18,902 bases of DNA from Chthoniobacteraceae bacterium (GTDB lineage: Bacteria; Verrucomicrobiota; Verrucomicrobiia; Chthoniobacterales; Chthoniobacteraceae), in NCBI GenBank assembly GCA_031409335.1, contig JANNWY010000256.1, positions 1-18,902 of the forward strand, written 5' to 3'. Each line of letters begins with the position of its first letter. The stretch's first letter is position 1. Both the position numbers and the translations under genes were made by a program. Shown piece by piece: positions 1-8,021 of this stretch. The notes under the pieces were generated by a model, which made no database searches, was not told the origin of the DNA, and saw nothing but the letters and a program-made list of their open reading frames with translations.

Positions 1-35
1 TTTCAACTTTCCGCTTTCCGCTTTCTGCTTTCCAA
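1..35. repeat. Degenerate heptamer tandem repeat (TTTCNNN x5), possibly truncated by the window edge
   Basis: TTTCAAC TTTCCGC TTTCCGC TTTCTGC TTTCCAA read directly at 1-35. Confidence 0.8.
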
Positions 36-76
36 AAGATCGTGCCCTGTTAGTCACAACCCAAAGCGCACCAGAC

Positions 77-556
77 ATGAGTACCACCCATGAGATTCGC
101 GAACAGCTTCGCGACAAGACCCTCTTCAAGGAATTCACCGACACCGAGATGGACGAATTCATCGAGCTGCTCGACCAGCGCGAATCCGCCGCCGGGGACG
201 CGATCGTGAAGCAGGATGAACTCGGCGAATGCATGTTCATCGTGGTGAAAGGGCGCGCGCGGGTGGTGCATCACACCGAGGGCAATTTCATCGAACTGGC
301 CACGCTCAAGCCGGGTGATTTTTTCGGTGAACTTTCCCTCGTCGATCGCGGCCCGCGTTCAGCCGACGTGCAGGCGCTCGATCATTGCATGCTGCTGCGC
401 ATCGACCTCGGCGCGGTCTCCGCACTCGCTGGCGTGTATCCCAACGCGGCATTCAAATTTCTCGTCGCCATCGGCCGCATCCTCGTCGATCGCCTGCGGC
501 AGACGAACCAGCGTTACATCGACTCCCTGCTCTTTCCGCTTGCCGGGAAGGATTAG
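77..556 (+). CDS. Standalone cyclic nucleotide-binding domain protein (Crp-like effector domain, no HTH)
   Basis: 159 aa with the cNMP-binding signatures IVKQDELGECMFIVVKGRARV and GDFFGELSLVDRGPRSADV. It ends shortly after the C-helix, leaving no room for a DNA-binding domain. Confidence 0.9.
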   Translation: MSTTHEIREQLRDKTLFKEFTDTEMDEFIELLDQRESAAGDAIVKQDELGECMFIVVKGRARVVHHTEGNFIELATLKPGDFFGELSLVDRGPRSADVQALDHCMLLRIDLGAVSALAGVYPNAAFKFLVAIGRILVDRLRQTNQRYIDSLLFPLAGKD

Positions 557-590
557 TTTTCGCCGTAGCCATCCCGTATTGGGAGATTTT

Positions 591-621
591 TTGGAGTGCT
601 GTGCTCCGCGCAGCTTTGGAT
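591..621. repeat. REP-like palindrome between convergent genes
   Basis: TTGGAGT-GCTGTGC-TCC-GCGCAGC-TTTGGAT: a 7-bp stem with one wobble, in the 65-bp gap between two stop codons. Confidence 0.5.
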
Positions 622-3600
622 TCAGCGCGGGGCCGCGATTTCCATTGCGTCGCGCGCGGAGATCGTCGCATCGGTCGTGGCACCACCGGGCCAGCGGATG
701 CGCAGCGCCGGATTCTTGATCCCGCGCGGGAGCGTGAGGAAAAGCGTGGCGGTGGATTGACTTTGGTAGCCGCTGCCGGCGGTCACTTCGCTCACGGTGA
801 GCACGCGCGGGCCGTCGGCCAGGGTCACGCGGGCACCGACCGCGGTGGGATTTCCAGATGGTCCGGAAAGCCGCACGGTGATCGCCCGGGCGGCTGTCGC
901 GGGCTGCGCAGTGAAGGCGAGCAGGCGGTCGTCGTTTTGCAGGGCGACGAGTCCGGGGCGGCCTCCGAGGTCGATCGCGGCCAGACCCTTTCCATCACCG
1001 GGCACGAGGAAGCCGGACGCGGCTGGATTCATCGGTGCGAGGCCGTCTTTGCCGCCGAGCAGGCAGCAGCCGACGCCGCCCCGCCACAGGCCGGTCTCGG
1101 GTTCGCGGGAGTAGAAATTTTCGGCGAAGACGAGGTCGGGCCAGCCATCACCGTTGAAGTCCGCAGCGACCGCGCCGTAGCCGGGGGCGATCTGCGCTTC
1201 CGGCGGCAGCGACTGGAAGGTGAAGCGCGGCGCGCCGGGTTTGGATTCGTTGATCAGGATGCCACTTTCGAGCGTGTTGGCGGAGACTTTGAGCGCGCCG
1301 GCGAGCGATTCGGGCTCGTAAATGCCAGCGAGCGGGGAGGCGGCGAACGCTTTGTAGGTCTTGAACTTTTCCTTGATGAAGGGCATCGCCTGGCTGCTGC
1401 AACTGCGCCCGCGCACGGGCAGTTCACAGTCGGGGCCGGGCTTGGCTTCGACGAGGTTAAAGCGGCCGTTGTGATCCATGTCGCCGCGATAGAGGAAGAG
1501 CGGTTTCGCGGACGTGGGGCGACCGTATTTGGTGTTCAGTCCCGCATTGAGGATGGCGTAGTCGAGGTCGCCATCGCGGTCGAAATCCGCCGCGGCGATG
1601 GAGTTCCACCAGCCGGTGAAGGCGGCGAGCCCAGCCGCTTCGGTGACGTCGCGGAGCGTGCCTTGCGCATTGAGAAAGAGATGCACCGCGCCCCATTCGC
1701 AACTCACCAAAAGATCGAGCCAGCCATCGCCATCCACGTCGCTCCAGAGCGCCGCGGTGACGAGGCCCACGCCTTTCAAACCGGGCGCGAGCGTCTCGGT
1801 GGCATCGCTGAATTTGCACTCGCCCGCCTGGCCCGAGTCGTTGCGCAGGAAGACCGATTGCGGCGTGACGGGATACTCGCCAGGGACGGAACGCGAGCCA
1901 ACGAAGAGGTCCAGATCGCCATCGCGGTCGAAGTCCGCGGCGACCACGCAACTCCCGGAAAAGCGCAGATCTGGCAGCGCTCCAGCGGGTGCTTCGGTGA
2001 AGGTGCCGGCACCGTCGTTGAGGTAAAGATGGTCGGCGTAGAGCGCGTCGCCGACCGGCCATTCATTGCTGCCGGTGACCACGTAGAGGTCGGAATCGCC
2101 GTCGCGGTCGGCGTCGAAAAACAGCGCGGATATCTCCTCGCCCGCGGCATTCTCCTGCCACGGCCCATTCGGCGCCGCGGTGAATTTCCCGCCTTTACTC
2201 GCGAGGAAGAGTTTCCCGGATTGCCGCGCCGCGCCGCAGACGAAAATGTCGTCGAGCTTGTCGCCATTCACGTCGCCGACCGCGATGCCGGGGCCAAATT
2301 GCGAGAGCTTCCCCGGCAGCAGAAACTCGCGCTTGTAGTCGTTGAAGGGCTTCTCCTCGTGCTTCCATTCCAGCCCGAGATCGGCGGATTTTTCCGCGAA
2401 AAGCGGCGGCGCGACCGGGACCGCAGGCGCGGCCTTGGCCGCAGCAGGCTCCGCCACGACGAGCAGCCGGTCGGCTTTCTGATTCTTGAGCACGCTCTCG
2501 CGGCCCGACGGCCAGCGGACGCGGATCTCCTCCACCACGCTCGCCTCGCCCAGACCGAAGTGCAGGACGGGCTCATTGCTCGAAAGAAAGCCGGTCATCG
2601 GATTTTGCAGCCGCGTCTGCACCCCGCCACCGCTCTTCAGCGTCACGACCGCGCCGAGGGCCGTCCGCGTTTTCCCCGCCTCCAGCCGCACGCCCAGCCA
2701 GTGACCGGCCTTGCGATCGGTGGCGAGATTTCGGTAAGCGGAGACGTTCTCGGTCAGGTTGCAGACGACGAGGTCCACGTCCCCATCGCCATCGAGATCG
2801 CCGGAGGCGGCGGCGTAGCTCATCCCATTTTTGTCGAGGCCCCACGCCGCGCCCGTGTTTTGGAATTGCAGGCGGCCGTTGTTGCGGAAGGCCGCGTTTG
2901 GCTCGCGCATTTCGGGCAGGCCCTTGTAAATCTCCCACTCGGTGTGGCCCGTGCGCATCGCGTTCGTCACCTCCAAATCGGAATCGGAGAAAGTCCGCGC
3001 AATGCCGTTCGTGAGGAAAAGATCGGTGCGCCCGTCGAGATCGTAGTCGGCAAACTTCACGCTCCACGTCCAGTCCGAGCGCGCGACGCCGCCGAGGAAG
3101 GCCGCTTCCTCCCAGCGCTCCGTGCCGTTGTTGATGAAAAGGGTGTTTCGCATCGCCTGCCGCGGCCAGCCATTTTGCAGCACCCACAGCCGCATTCCCG
3201 CCATCTCCCCCATCGAGGTCTTCGCCTTGAAATGCGTCGTCGCCGCCATGTCGCCGACGAAGAAATCGAGCCGTCCGTCGTTGTTCACATCGGCGACATC
3301 CGAGCCCATCGAAAACCAGCTCGTGTACGGCAGCCGCTCCGCCGTCTCGTCTTTGAAATGGATCGCGCCCTCCGCATCCGCGCCCTGATTGATCCAGAGC
3401 CGGTCGGGATCGATGTAGTCGTTGCACACGTAAATGTCGGGACGCCCGTCGTTGTTCGCATCAAAAATCAGCGCCGAAAGCCCGTGCCCATCCGCGCCTT
3501 CGATCCCCGAGCCCTCCGTGATGTCGCGGAAGCGCGGCACCCCGTCCGGCCCCGCGCCGGTATTGAGAAAGAGCCGGTCCGGGTGGCCGTATTCCTGGAT

Positions 3601-4377
3601 GAACGGATCCGCGCCAACCGCTGCCCACGGCGGCTCCACGAGCCGGAAAAACGGCGCGTAAGCCTCCTTCATCTTGGGCGTCCGGTCGAAGAGGCCGCGC
3701 TGCCAGGCGCGTTCGGCCGGATAGCCGGTCGGTGAGTAGAGGCGATTCGTGAGCAGGAAAAAATCCAAGTCGCCGTCCCCGTCGAAGTCCGCGAAATAGG
3801 GGCACATGCTGGGACCGGCGATGGCCAGCCCCGCCGCCTGCGCGCTCTCGGTGAAAACGCCGTGACCGTCATTCAGGTAAAGGTGATTTGGCGCGTTGTA
3901 TTGGCAGACGTAAATGTCGAGATCGCCATCGCCATCCACATCGGCCATCGCCGCACCCGCCGCCCACGCGTCGCCTCCCGCCACACCGGCCCCATCCGAT
4001 TTTTTGAAAACGAACGCGCCCTGATTCAAAAAGAGGGCATTCGCATCCGGCCCGCTCGCGAGGAAAACATCCGGGCGCTGATCGCCGTTCACATCGCCGA
4101 TGCAGACGCCGCCGCACGCGTAACCGGAGTGGTAGAGATAAACCAGCGGATGCTCCTCCACGAGACGATGCTCGAAGGCCAGTCCGCTCTCCGCGGGCAC
4201 GGTTTCCTGAAAGAGCGGGGAGTTGCCGGGCTGCGTTGAAGGAGGCTCTGCAGCACCGGCGCGGACGAATGAGGAAAGGAGCAAGCCAGCGGCAAACAGG
4301 TCCACCCAGCGCACTGTGGCCAGAACATTGCGTGGATGACTAGGATTCGGGCAGCGGGCGGCGGAGGAAACGAGCAT
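622..4377 (-). CDS. Secreted FG-GAP/VCBS-repeat protein with two CRTAC1/ASPIC-UnbV-like modules
   Basis: Many D-x-[DN]-x-D-G-x-x-D Ca-binding repeats (GDVNGDQRPD, ADVDGDGDLD, ADFDRDGDLD). An ASPIC/UnbV-like segment lies mid-protein (ALGAVVTL...GFLSSNEPVLHFGLG...VRWPSG) and again at the C-terminus (AVGARVTL...GSGYQSQS...IRWPGG). The true start may be the GTG at 4314 (MRWVDLFAAGLLLSSFVRAGAA, signal-peptide-like). Confidence 0.9.
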   Translation of the reverse strand: MLVSSAARCPNPSHPRNVLATVRWVDLFAAGLLLSSFVRAGAAEPPSTQPGNSPLFQETVPAESGLAFEHRLVEEHPLVYLYHSGYACGGVCIGDVNGDQRPDVFLASGPDANALFLNQGAFVFKKSDGAGVAGGDAWAAGAAMADVDGDGDLDIYVCQYNAPNHLYLNDGHGVFTESAQAAGLAIAGPSMCPYFADFDGDGDLDFFLLTNRLYSPTGYPAERAWQRGLFDRTPKMKEAYAPFFRLVEPPWAAVGADPFIQEYGHPDRLFLNTGAGPDGVPRFRDITEGSGIEGADGHGLSALIFDANNDGRPDIYVCNDYIDPDRLWINQGADAEGAIHFKDETAERLPYTSWFSMGSDVADVNNDGRLDFFVGDMAATTHFKAKTSMGEMAGMRLWVLQNGWPRQAMRNTLFINNGTERWEEAAFLGGVARSDWTWSVKFADYDLDGRTDLFLTNGIARTFSDSDLEVTNAMRTGHTEWEIYKGLPEMREPNAAFRNNGRLQFQNTGAAWGLDKNGMSYAAASGDLDGDGDVDLVVCNLTENVSAYRNLATDRKAGHWLGVRLEAGKTRTALGAVVTLKSGGGVQTRLQNPMTGFLSSNEPVLHFGLGEASVVEEIRVRWPSGRESVLKNQKADRLLVVAEPAAAKAAPAVPVAPPLFAEKSADLGLEWKHEEKPFNDYKREFLLPGKLSQFGPGIAVGDVNGDKLDDIFVCGAARQSGKLFLASKGGKFTAAPNGPWQENAAGEEISALFFDADRDGDSDLYVVTGSNEWPVGDALYADHLYLNDGAGTFTEAPAGALPDLRFSGSCVVAADFDRDGDLDLFVGSRSVPGEYPVTPQSVFLRNDSGQAGECKFSDATETLAPGLKGVGLVTAALWSDVDGDGWLDLLVSCEWGAVHLFLNAQGTLRDVTEAAGLAAFTGWWNSIAAADFDRDGDLDYAILNAGLNTKYGRPTSAKPLFLYRGDMDHNGRFNLVEAKPGPDCELPVRGRSCSSQAMPFIKEKFKTYKAFAASPLAGIYEPESLAGALKVSANTLESGILINESKPGAPRFTFQSLPPEAQIAPGYGAVAADFNGDGWPDLVFAENFYSREPETGLWRGGVGCCLLGGKDGLAPMNPAASGFLVPGDGKGLAAIDLGGRPGLVALQNDDRLLAFTAQPATAARAITVRLSGPSGNPTAVGARVTLADGPRVLTVSEVTAGSGYQSQSTATLFLTLPRGIKNPALRIRWPGGATTDATISARDAMEIAAPR

Positions 4378-4403
4378 ATTCGGTTAGAGCTTCACCTTGA
4401 TAA

Positions 4404-4443
4404 CAAAAAACCTCCCGCTCACAAGGAGGCGGGAGGTCTTTTG
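4404..4443 (-). terminator. Intrinsic terminator (probably bidirectional) downstream of the minus-strand PEP-CTERM gene
   Basis: AAAAA-ACCTCCCGC...GCGGGAGGT-CTTTT: a 9-bp GC-rich stem with an A-tract on the left and a T-tract on the right, ~30 bp after the stop at 4474. Confidence 0.8.
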
Positions 4444-4473
4444 CCGTGAAAACCAATCAGGGAACGACCGCCC

Positions 4474-5214
4474 TCAGATCCGACGACGGCGCGAGGCCAG
4501 CAACCCAAGACCCGCAACACAGATTAGTATGGTGGCCGGCTCTGGAACTGGAATAATCCGAAGTTGTGCGGCATTCAGGTCAATCTGGCCAGTCCCCGGG
4601 CCTTCGTCGATGACCGCAAAGAAATCTTGCGTGGTGGCGTCAGCCGTGAACGTCCCGAGAAAAATCTTGCGGCGGCTCAGAGGATCAGTCCATGCCCCGC
4701 CGGCAGTGTAGTCGATACTGTCCAACTGCCGGGATCCGTTGGGCGTGCTCCAACTGCCGTCGATGTCGAGCACCCGGTTGACCTGGCCGCCTCGGTCATC
4801 GGAAGAAAAAACCTGAAGCTGATAGTCGCTGCCAGGATTCAGCCCAGTGACTTGGAACTCACCGTTTGCTCCCCATGTGACTCCATCGAGGATGTTATTC
4901 AGGTCGGCGTCTGGCCCGAGGTAAAAATCATTGTTATCCTCAAAGTTGGTCCCCGCGTTATTGCTACCACGGAGCAGGCCAGGAGAGGAGCTACTGTCGC
5001 CGGAACTGACGCGGTTGAAATCCACTCCGTTGACGTTGACGATCGCCGGGCGCCCAACGTTTGAGTTAAAGTAATAAGCCCACTCCGTCGAACCAGCGTT
5101 GCTGACCTCGGTGGCAGAAGTGGCGGGTGTGGCCGTCCAAGTGATTGGTGCGGCTGTCGTGACGCCAGCAAGGCAGAGGCTTGCGGAAAGAATTGAATTG
5201 ATCGTTTTGTTCAT
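4474..5214 (-). CDS. PEP-CTERM sorting domain protein
   Basis: N-terminal signal peptide (MNKTINSILSASLCLAGVTTAA); C-terminal VPEP, hydrophobic helix and basic tail (VPEPATILICVAGLGLLASRRRRI). Confidence 0.92.
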   Translation of the reverse strand: MNKTINSILSASLCLAGVTTAAPITWTATPATSATEVSNAGSTEWAYYFNSNVGRPAIVNVNGVDFNRVSSGDSSSSPGLLRGSNNAGTNFEDNNDFYLGPDADLNNILDGVTWGANGEFQVTGLNPGSDYQLQVFSSDDRGGQVNRVLDIDGSWSTPNGSRQLDSIDYTAGGAWTDPLSRRKIFLGTFTADATTQDFFAVIDEGPGTGQIDLNAAQLRIIPVPEPATILICVAGLGLLASRRRRI

Positions 5215-5503
5215 AGAATTTGTGGGGGATTACTCCATTGGCCTTCATACCCAACGAAACTACTGAAAAGTCTTTTGCACAGAAACGTGTATCAATGGCA
5301 AGAAACTTTTTCGGTTTTTATTGGAATTCGGCAGCGACTCACTCCACGACCTGTCGCAGACACTTTGAAAACATTGCATATGCCTTAAAAGTTTTTTGAA
5401 AAACAGTTGACTCGTTCCAGAGATTTTGATAATTCCTTTCAAGTGTCATTCGGACACATCCCCTCCCCCTTAACTTAAAACCCAAAGCCATCGCCAGATT
5501 CAT
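5215..5503. promoter_or_regulatory. AT-rich divergent promoter region between two PEP-CTERM genes
   Basis: 289-bp non-coding gap with A/T tracts, flanked by divergent starts. A weak -35-like TTGACT lies at 5407-5412 and GATAAT at 5428-5433, but the 15-bp spacing is suboptimal. Confidence 0.55.
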
Positions 5504-7609
5504 ATGAAAACTCGTATCCTTATCCTTGTCGGTTCCATCGCAGCGGCCTGCGCAGTCCAAGCGCAGTCGCCCGTGCTCCAATACACCTTTGAAGGCGGCA
5601 CGCCTTTCTTAAACCTCGGCACCCTCGGCGGTGCCGGCACCACCAACGGAGCAGGCGTCGCGGTTACAACCGGCGGACCGGCGAGTGGTTTCTCCGGCGG
5701 CGCAGGCGGCAACGTCTTATCGCTGCCCGGCACTTCATCAGCCGACGACGTGGTGAACGGCACATTTCTCAACACGCTGCTCACCGCCACTGCCCTCGGC
5801 TTCACCACCGACAACTACACGGCAGGCGCGTGGGTGAATATGAACAGCTTTGGTGGCGACGCGATGATTTTTGGTCAGACTGGTGCGCCTTTCCTCCACA
5901 ACGGAATCCGCGACAACAGCCCGCACCTTGGCCACTGGGGTGCCGACACCACGGCGAGTTCCACAAACCTCGCTACTACCATCGGCACAGGTAACTGGTT
6001 TCACCTCACTTTCCGTTACAATGGCGACGAGCAATCCATCTACCTCAATGGTAATCTCGTCGCGCGGAACAGTGCTGGCAATCTTCCCAACAGCGGCAAT
6101 GTGGTCATCGGAAACTCCGGCAACGGTGGTGGCCTTCCCGGCTTTCTCGATGACGTGGTGGTTTACAACAGCACCCTGAAGCAAAATCAAATCGCCTTTC
6201 TCGCTGCGGGTGGCAATCCGAGCGCGCTCCCGGCGGGGGCAGCGGGTGTGGGCGGGATCACCTATGCAGTGGGTGCCGTCGCACCGACGGTTTTGGCAGG
6301 GCCCGCAAATCCTCCAAGTGGCTCGTCGGACTGGGGTGTCCGCGAAGTGCGCGGTGCGGGTAACCTAAATAGCGTCGTAGATGCCTACAACGCCCTCAAC
6401 GGGGGTGGCGGGACGATTACCGATGGCTTCCGCAGTGTGATCAACGCCACGGATCTCGTCGGACCCGGCAATGGCCCCGGTGGCGGTGGTTTGAACCTTG
6501 GGACGAGGAATCCGTATCTCGGCGATATCGCCGGAGACGACGAAAACGTGGCTTTCTTGTACCGCGCAAAGGTGAGAGTGTTCACCGCGGGCGCTTACAC
6601 CTTCAACACCCACTCTGATGACGGCTTTGTCCTCCGCATCGGCGACTTCAGTTGGTCAAGTTCCAGCGGTGCCGGCAACATTGATTTCGACGATGCTCGC
6701 ACGCTGAACTTCTTTGGCGGAACCGGCGACTCGAATACCCGCGGCACCATTCAACTTCCGGTCGGTGATCACGTCATTGAGTTCTTGACTTATGAAGGCG
6801 GCGGCGGCTCCGGCCATCAACTCTCCTACGCCAAGGGCACCTTCGCGAACGATGGGGACGCGGTTTGGAGGATTCTCGGTGGACCGCTTGCCTCTGATAC
6901 CACCAACAACATTCCCGGGGTGACCGCTGCGGGTTGGACGGTAAACACATCTACGCCCAGTGCGGACGGGCTCTTGACTACCAACGCGCTAGCCAAAGCC
7001 GCATTGCTTGCCTCGGGCACGACGACCACCAATGTCGTCTCGATCAACTACAACGATCCTGGTTTCGGCGGACCTGGGAGCATCGCAGGCGATATTCCGT
7101 TTCCGAAAGACACCGCTGCTGACGATGAAGACTTCGCCATTCAGGCCAATGCGATCCTGCATATCGACGAGGCAGATACCTATCTGTTTGGCTTTCAAGG
7201 CGATGACGGCGGCTACCTTTCCATCGCCGGAGTGAGCGGCTGGACCATTGTGGACAACGCCACTGGCCTCGCATACGTCGCTGACATCGACGGCACCGCG
7301 AACCCTCTCGGCAATACCCTCTGGGCCGACGTTCTCACCGGCAACAGCCGTACGGTGGGCAGCATCTTCCTTACGCCGGGCGACTACGCGATCGAAGGCC
7401 TCTTCTTCGAGCGCGGCGGTGGCAGTTTTTACGAGATCTTCGGCGGAGACGCCGACGCAGGCTCGCTGGTTCTCCTGGCTGCTGGCGGCAATCAAAACGT
7501 GCCTGTCCTCAACTCGGACCAACTCCAAATCGTCCCCGAGCCCGGCTCGCTCACGATGATGCTCGGCGGCATTGCCACGCTGCTCGGCATGCGCCGCCGC
7601 CGCAAGTAA
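5504..7609 (+). CDS. PEP-CTERM protein with a LamG/ConA-like domain and two PA14-like domains
   Basis: Signal peptide (…AACAVQA). LamG-like motifs YTAGAWVN, WFHLTFRYNG...IYLNG and LDDVVVYNSTL. Two PA14-like units: YTFNTHSDDGFVLRIG...GDHVIEFLTYEGGGG and YLFGFQGDDGGYLSI...GDYAIEGLFFERGGG. C-terminal VPEPGSLTMMLGGIATLLGMRRRRK. Confidence 0.9.
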   Translation: MKTRILILVGSIAAACAVQAQSPVLQYTFEGGTPFLNLGTLGGAGTTNGAGVAVTTGGPASGFSGGAGGNVLSLPGTSSADDVVNGTFLNTLLTATALGFTTDNYTAGAWVNMNSFGGDAMIFGQTGAPFLHNGIRDNSPHLGHWGADTTASSTNLATTIGTGNWFHLTFRYNGDEQSIYLNGNLVARNSAGNLPNSGNVVIGNSGNGGGLPGFLDDVVVYNSTLKQNQIAFLAAGGNPSALPAGAAGVGGITYAVGAVAPTVLAGPANPPSGSSDWGVREVRGAGNLNSVVDAYNALNGGGGTITDGFRSVINATDLVGPGNGPGGGGLNLGTRNPYLGDIAGDDENVAFLYRAKVRVFTAGAYTFNTHSDDGFVLRIGDFSWSSSSGAGNIDFDDARTLNFFGGTGDSNTRGTIQLPVGDHVIEFLTYEGGGGSGHQLSYAKGTFANDGDAVWRILGGPLASDTTNNIPGVTAAGWTVNTSTPSADGLLTTNALAKAALLASGTTTTNVVSINYNDPGFGGPGSIAGDIPFPKDTAADDEDFAIQANAILHIDEADTYLFGFQGDDGGYLSIAGVSGWTIVDNATGLAYVADIDGTANPLGNTLWADVLTGNSRTVGSIFLTPGDYAIEGLFFERGGGSFYEIFGGDADAGSLVLLAAGGNQNVPVLNSDQLQIVPEPGSLTMMLGGIATLLGMRRRRK

Positions 7610-7637
7610 GCACGGTTCATCTCTGCAATATCCCACG

Positions 7638-7676
7638 AGCGCCGCTCCGCCCCCGCGGAGCGGCGCTTCGTTTTTT
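7638..7676 (+). terminator. Rho-independent terminator
   Basis: Perfect 13-bp stem AGCGCCGCTCCGC / CCCC / GCGGAGCGGCGCT followed by TCGTTTTTT, 28 bp after the stop at 7609. Confidence 0.88.
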
Positions 7677-7712
7677 AGAACCACGGAGAGCCTCATGGTG
7701 CCCGGGGATGCC

Positions 7713-7921
7713 GCTGCCACGCATCAAGTTTTGGGAAAATCGGGCAGTGCCATCATTTGGCGTTTGAAGTTTGAAGTTTGGCGTTTGGCCCGCCGCAGGC
7801 ACCGTCGCTTCGGATGACAGGTGGAAAATCGCGAGGCCGCTGCGCGGGGCTAAGCTTCAAACTCCAAACTTCAAACGCCAAAGGACGCAGCCACATTTCA
7901 CAAAACTTGATGCGCGGCAGC
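7713..7921. repeat. ~210-bp inverted-repeat element (MITE-like or structured RNA) with internal heptamer arrays
   Basis: The termini GCTGCCACGCATCAAGTTTTG (7713-7733) and the reverse complement of 7901-7921 match at 20/21 positions. Inner heptamer arrays at 7756-7790 and 7855-7882 are mutually inverted. Confidence 0.8.
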
Positions 7922-8021
7922 ATAGCTGGCGTCGTGAGCGACAGGATGCGCCATCAGTCGGGCTGCCGGCCCGGTTCAACAACCGCCCGGTGCATGACCC
8001 ACGACGACGCGACCATTCCCG

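Noticed and set aside
385..3735. 1116-aa plus-strand ORF
   Set aside because: It is the antisense shadow of the FG-GAP/UnbV gene. It has no recognisable motifs, and long stop-free antisense frames are expected with high-GC codon bias.
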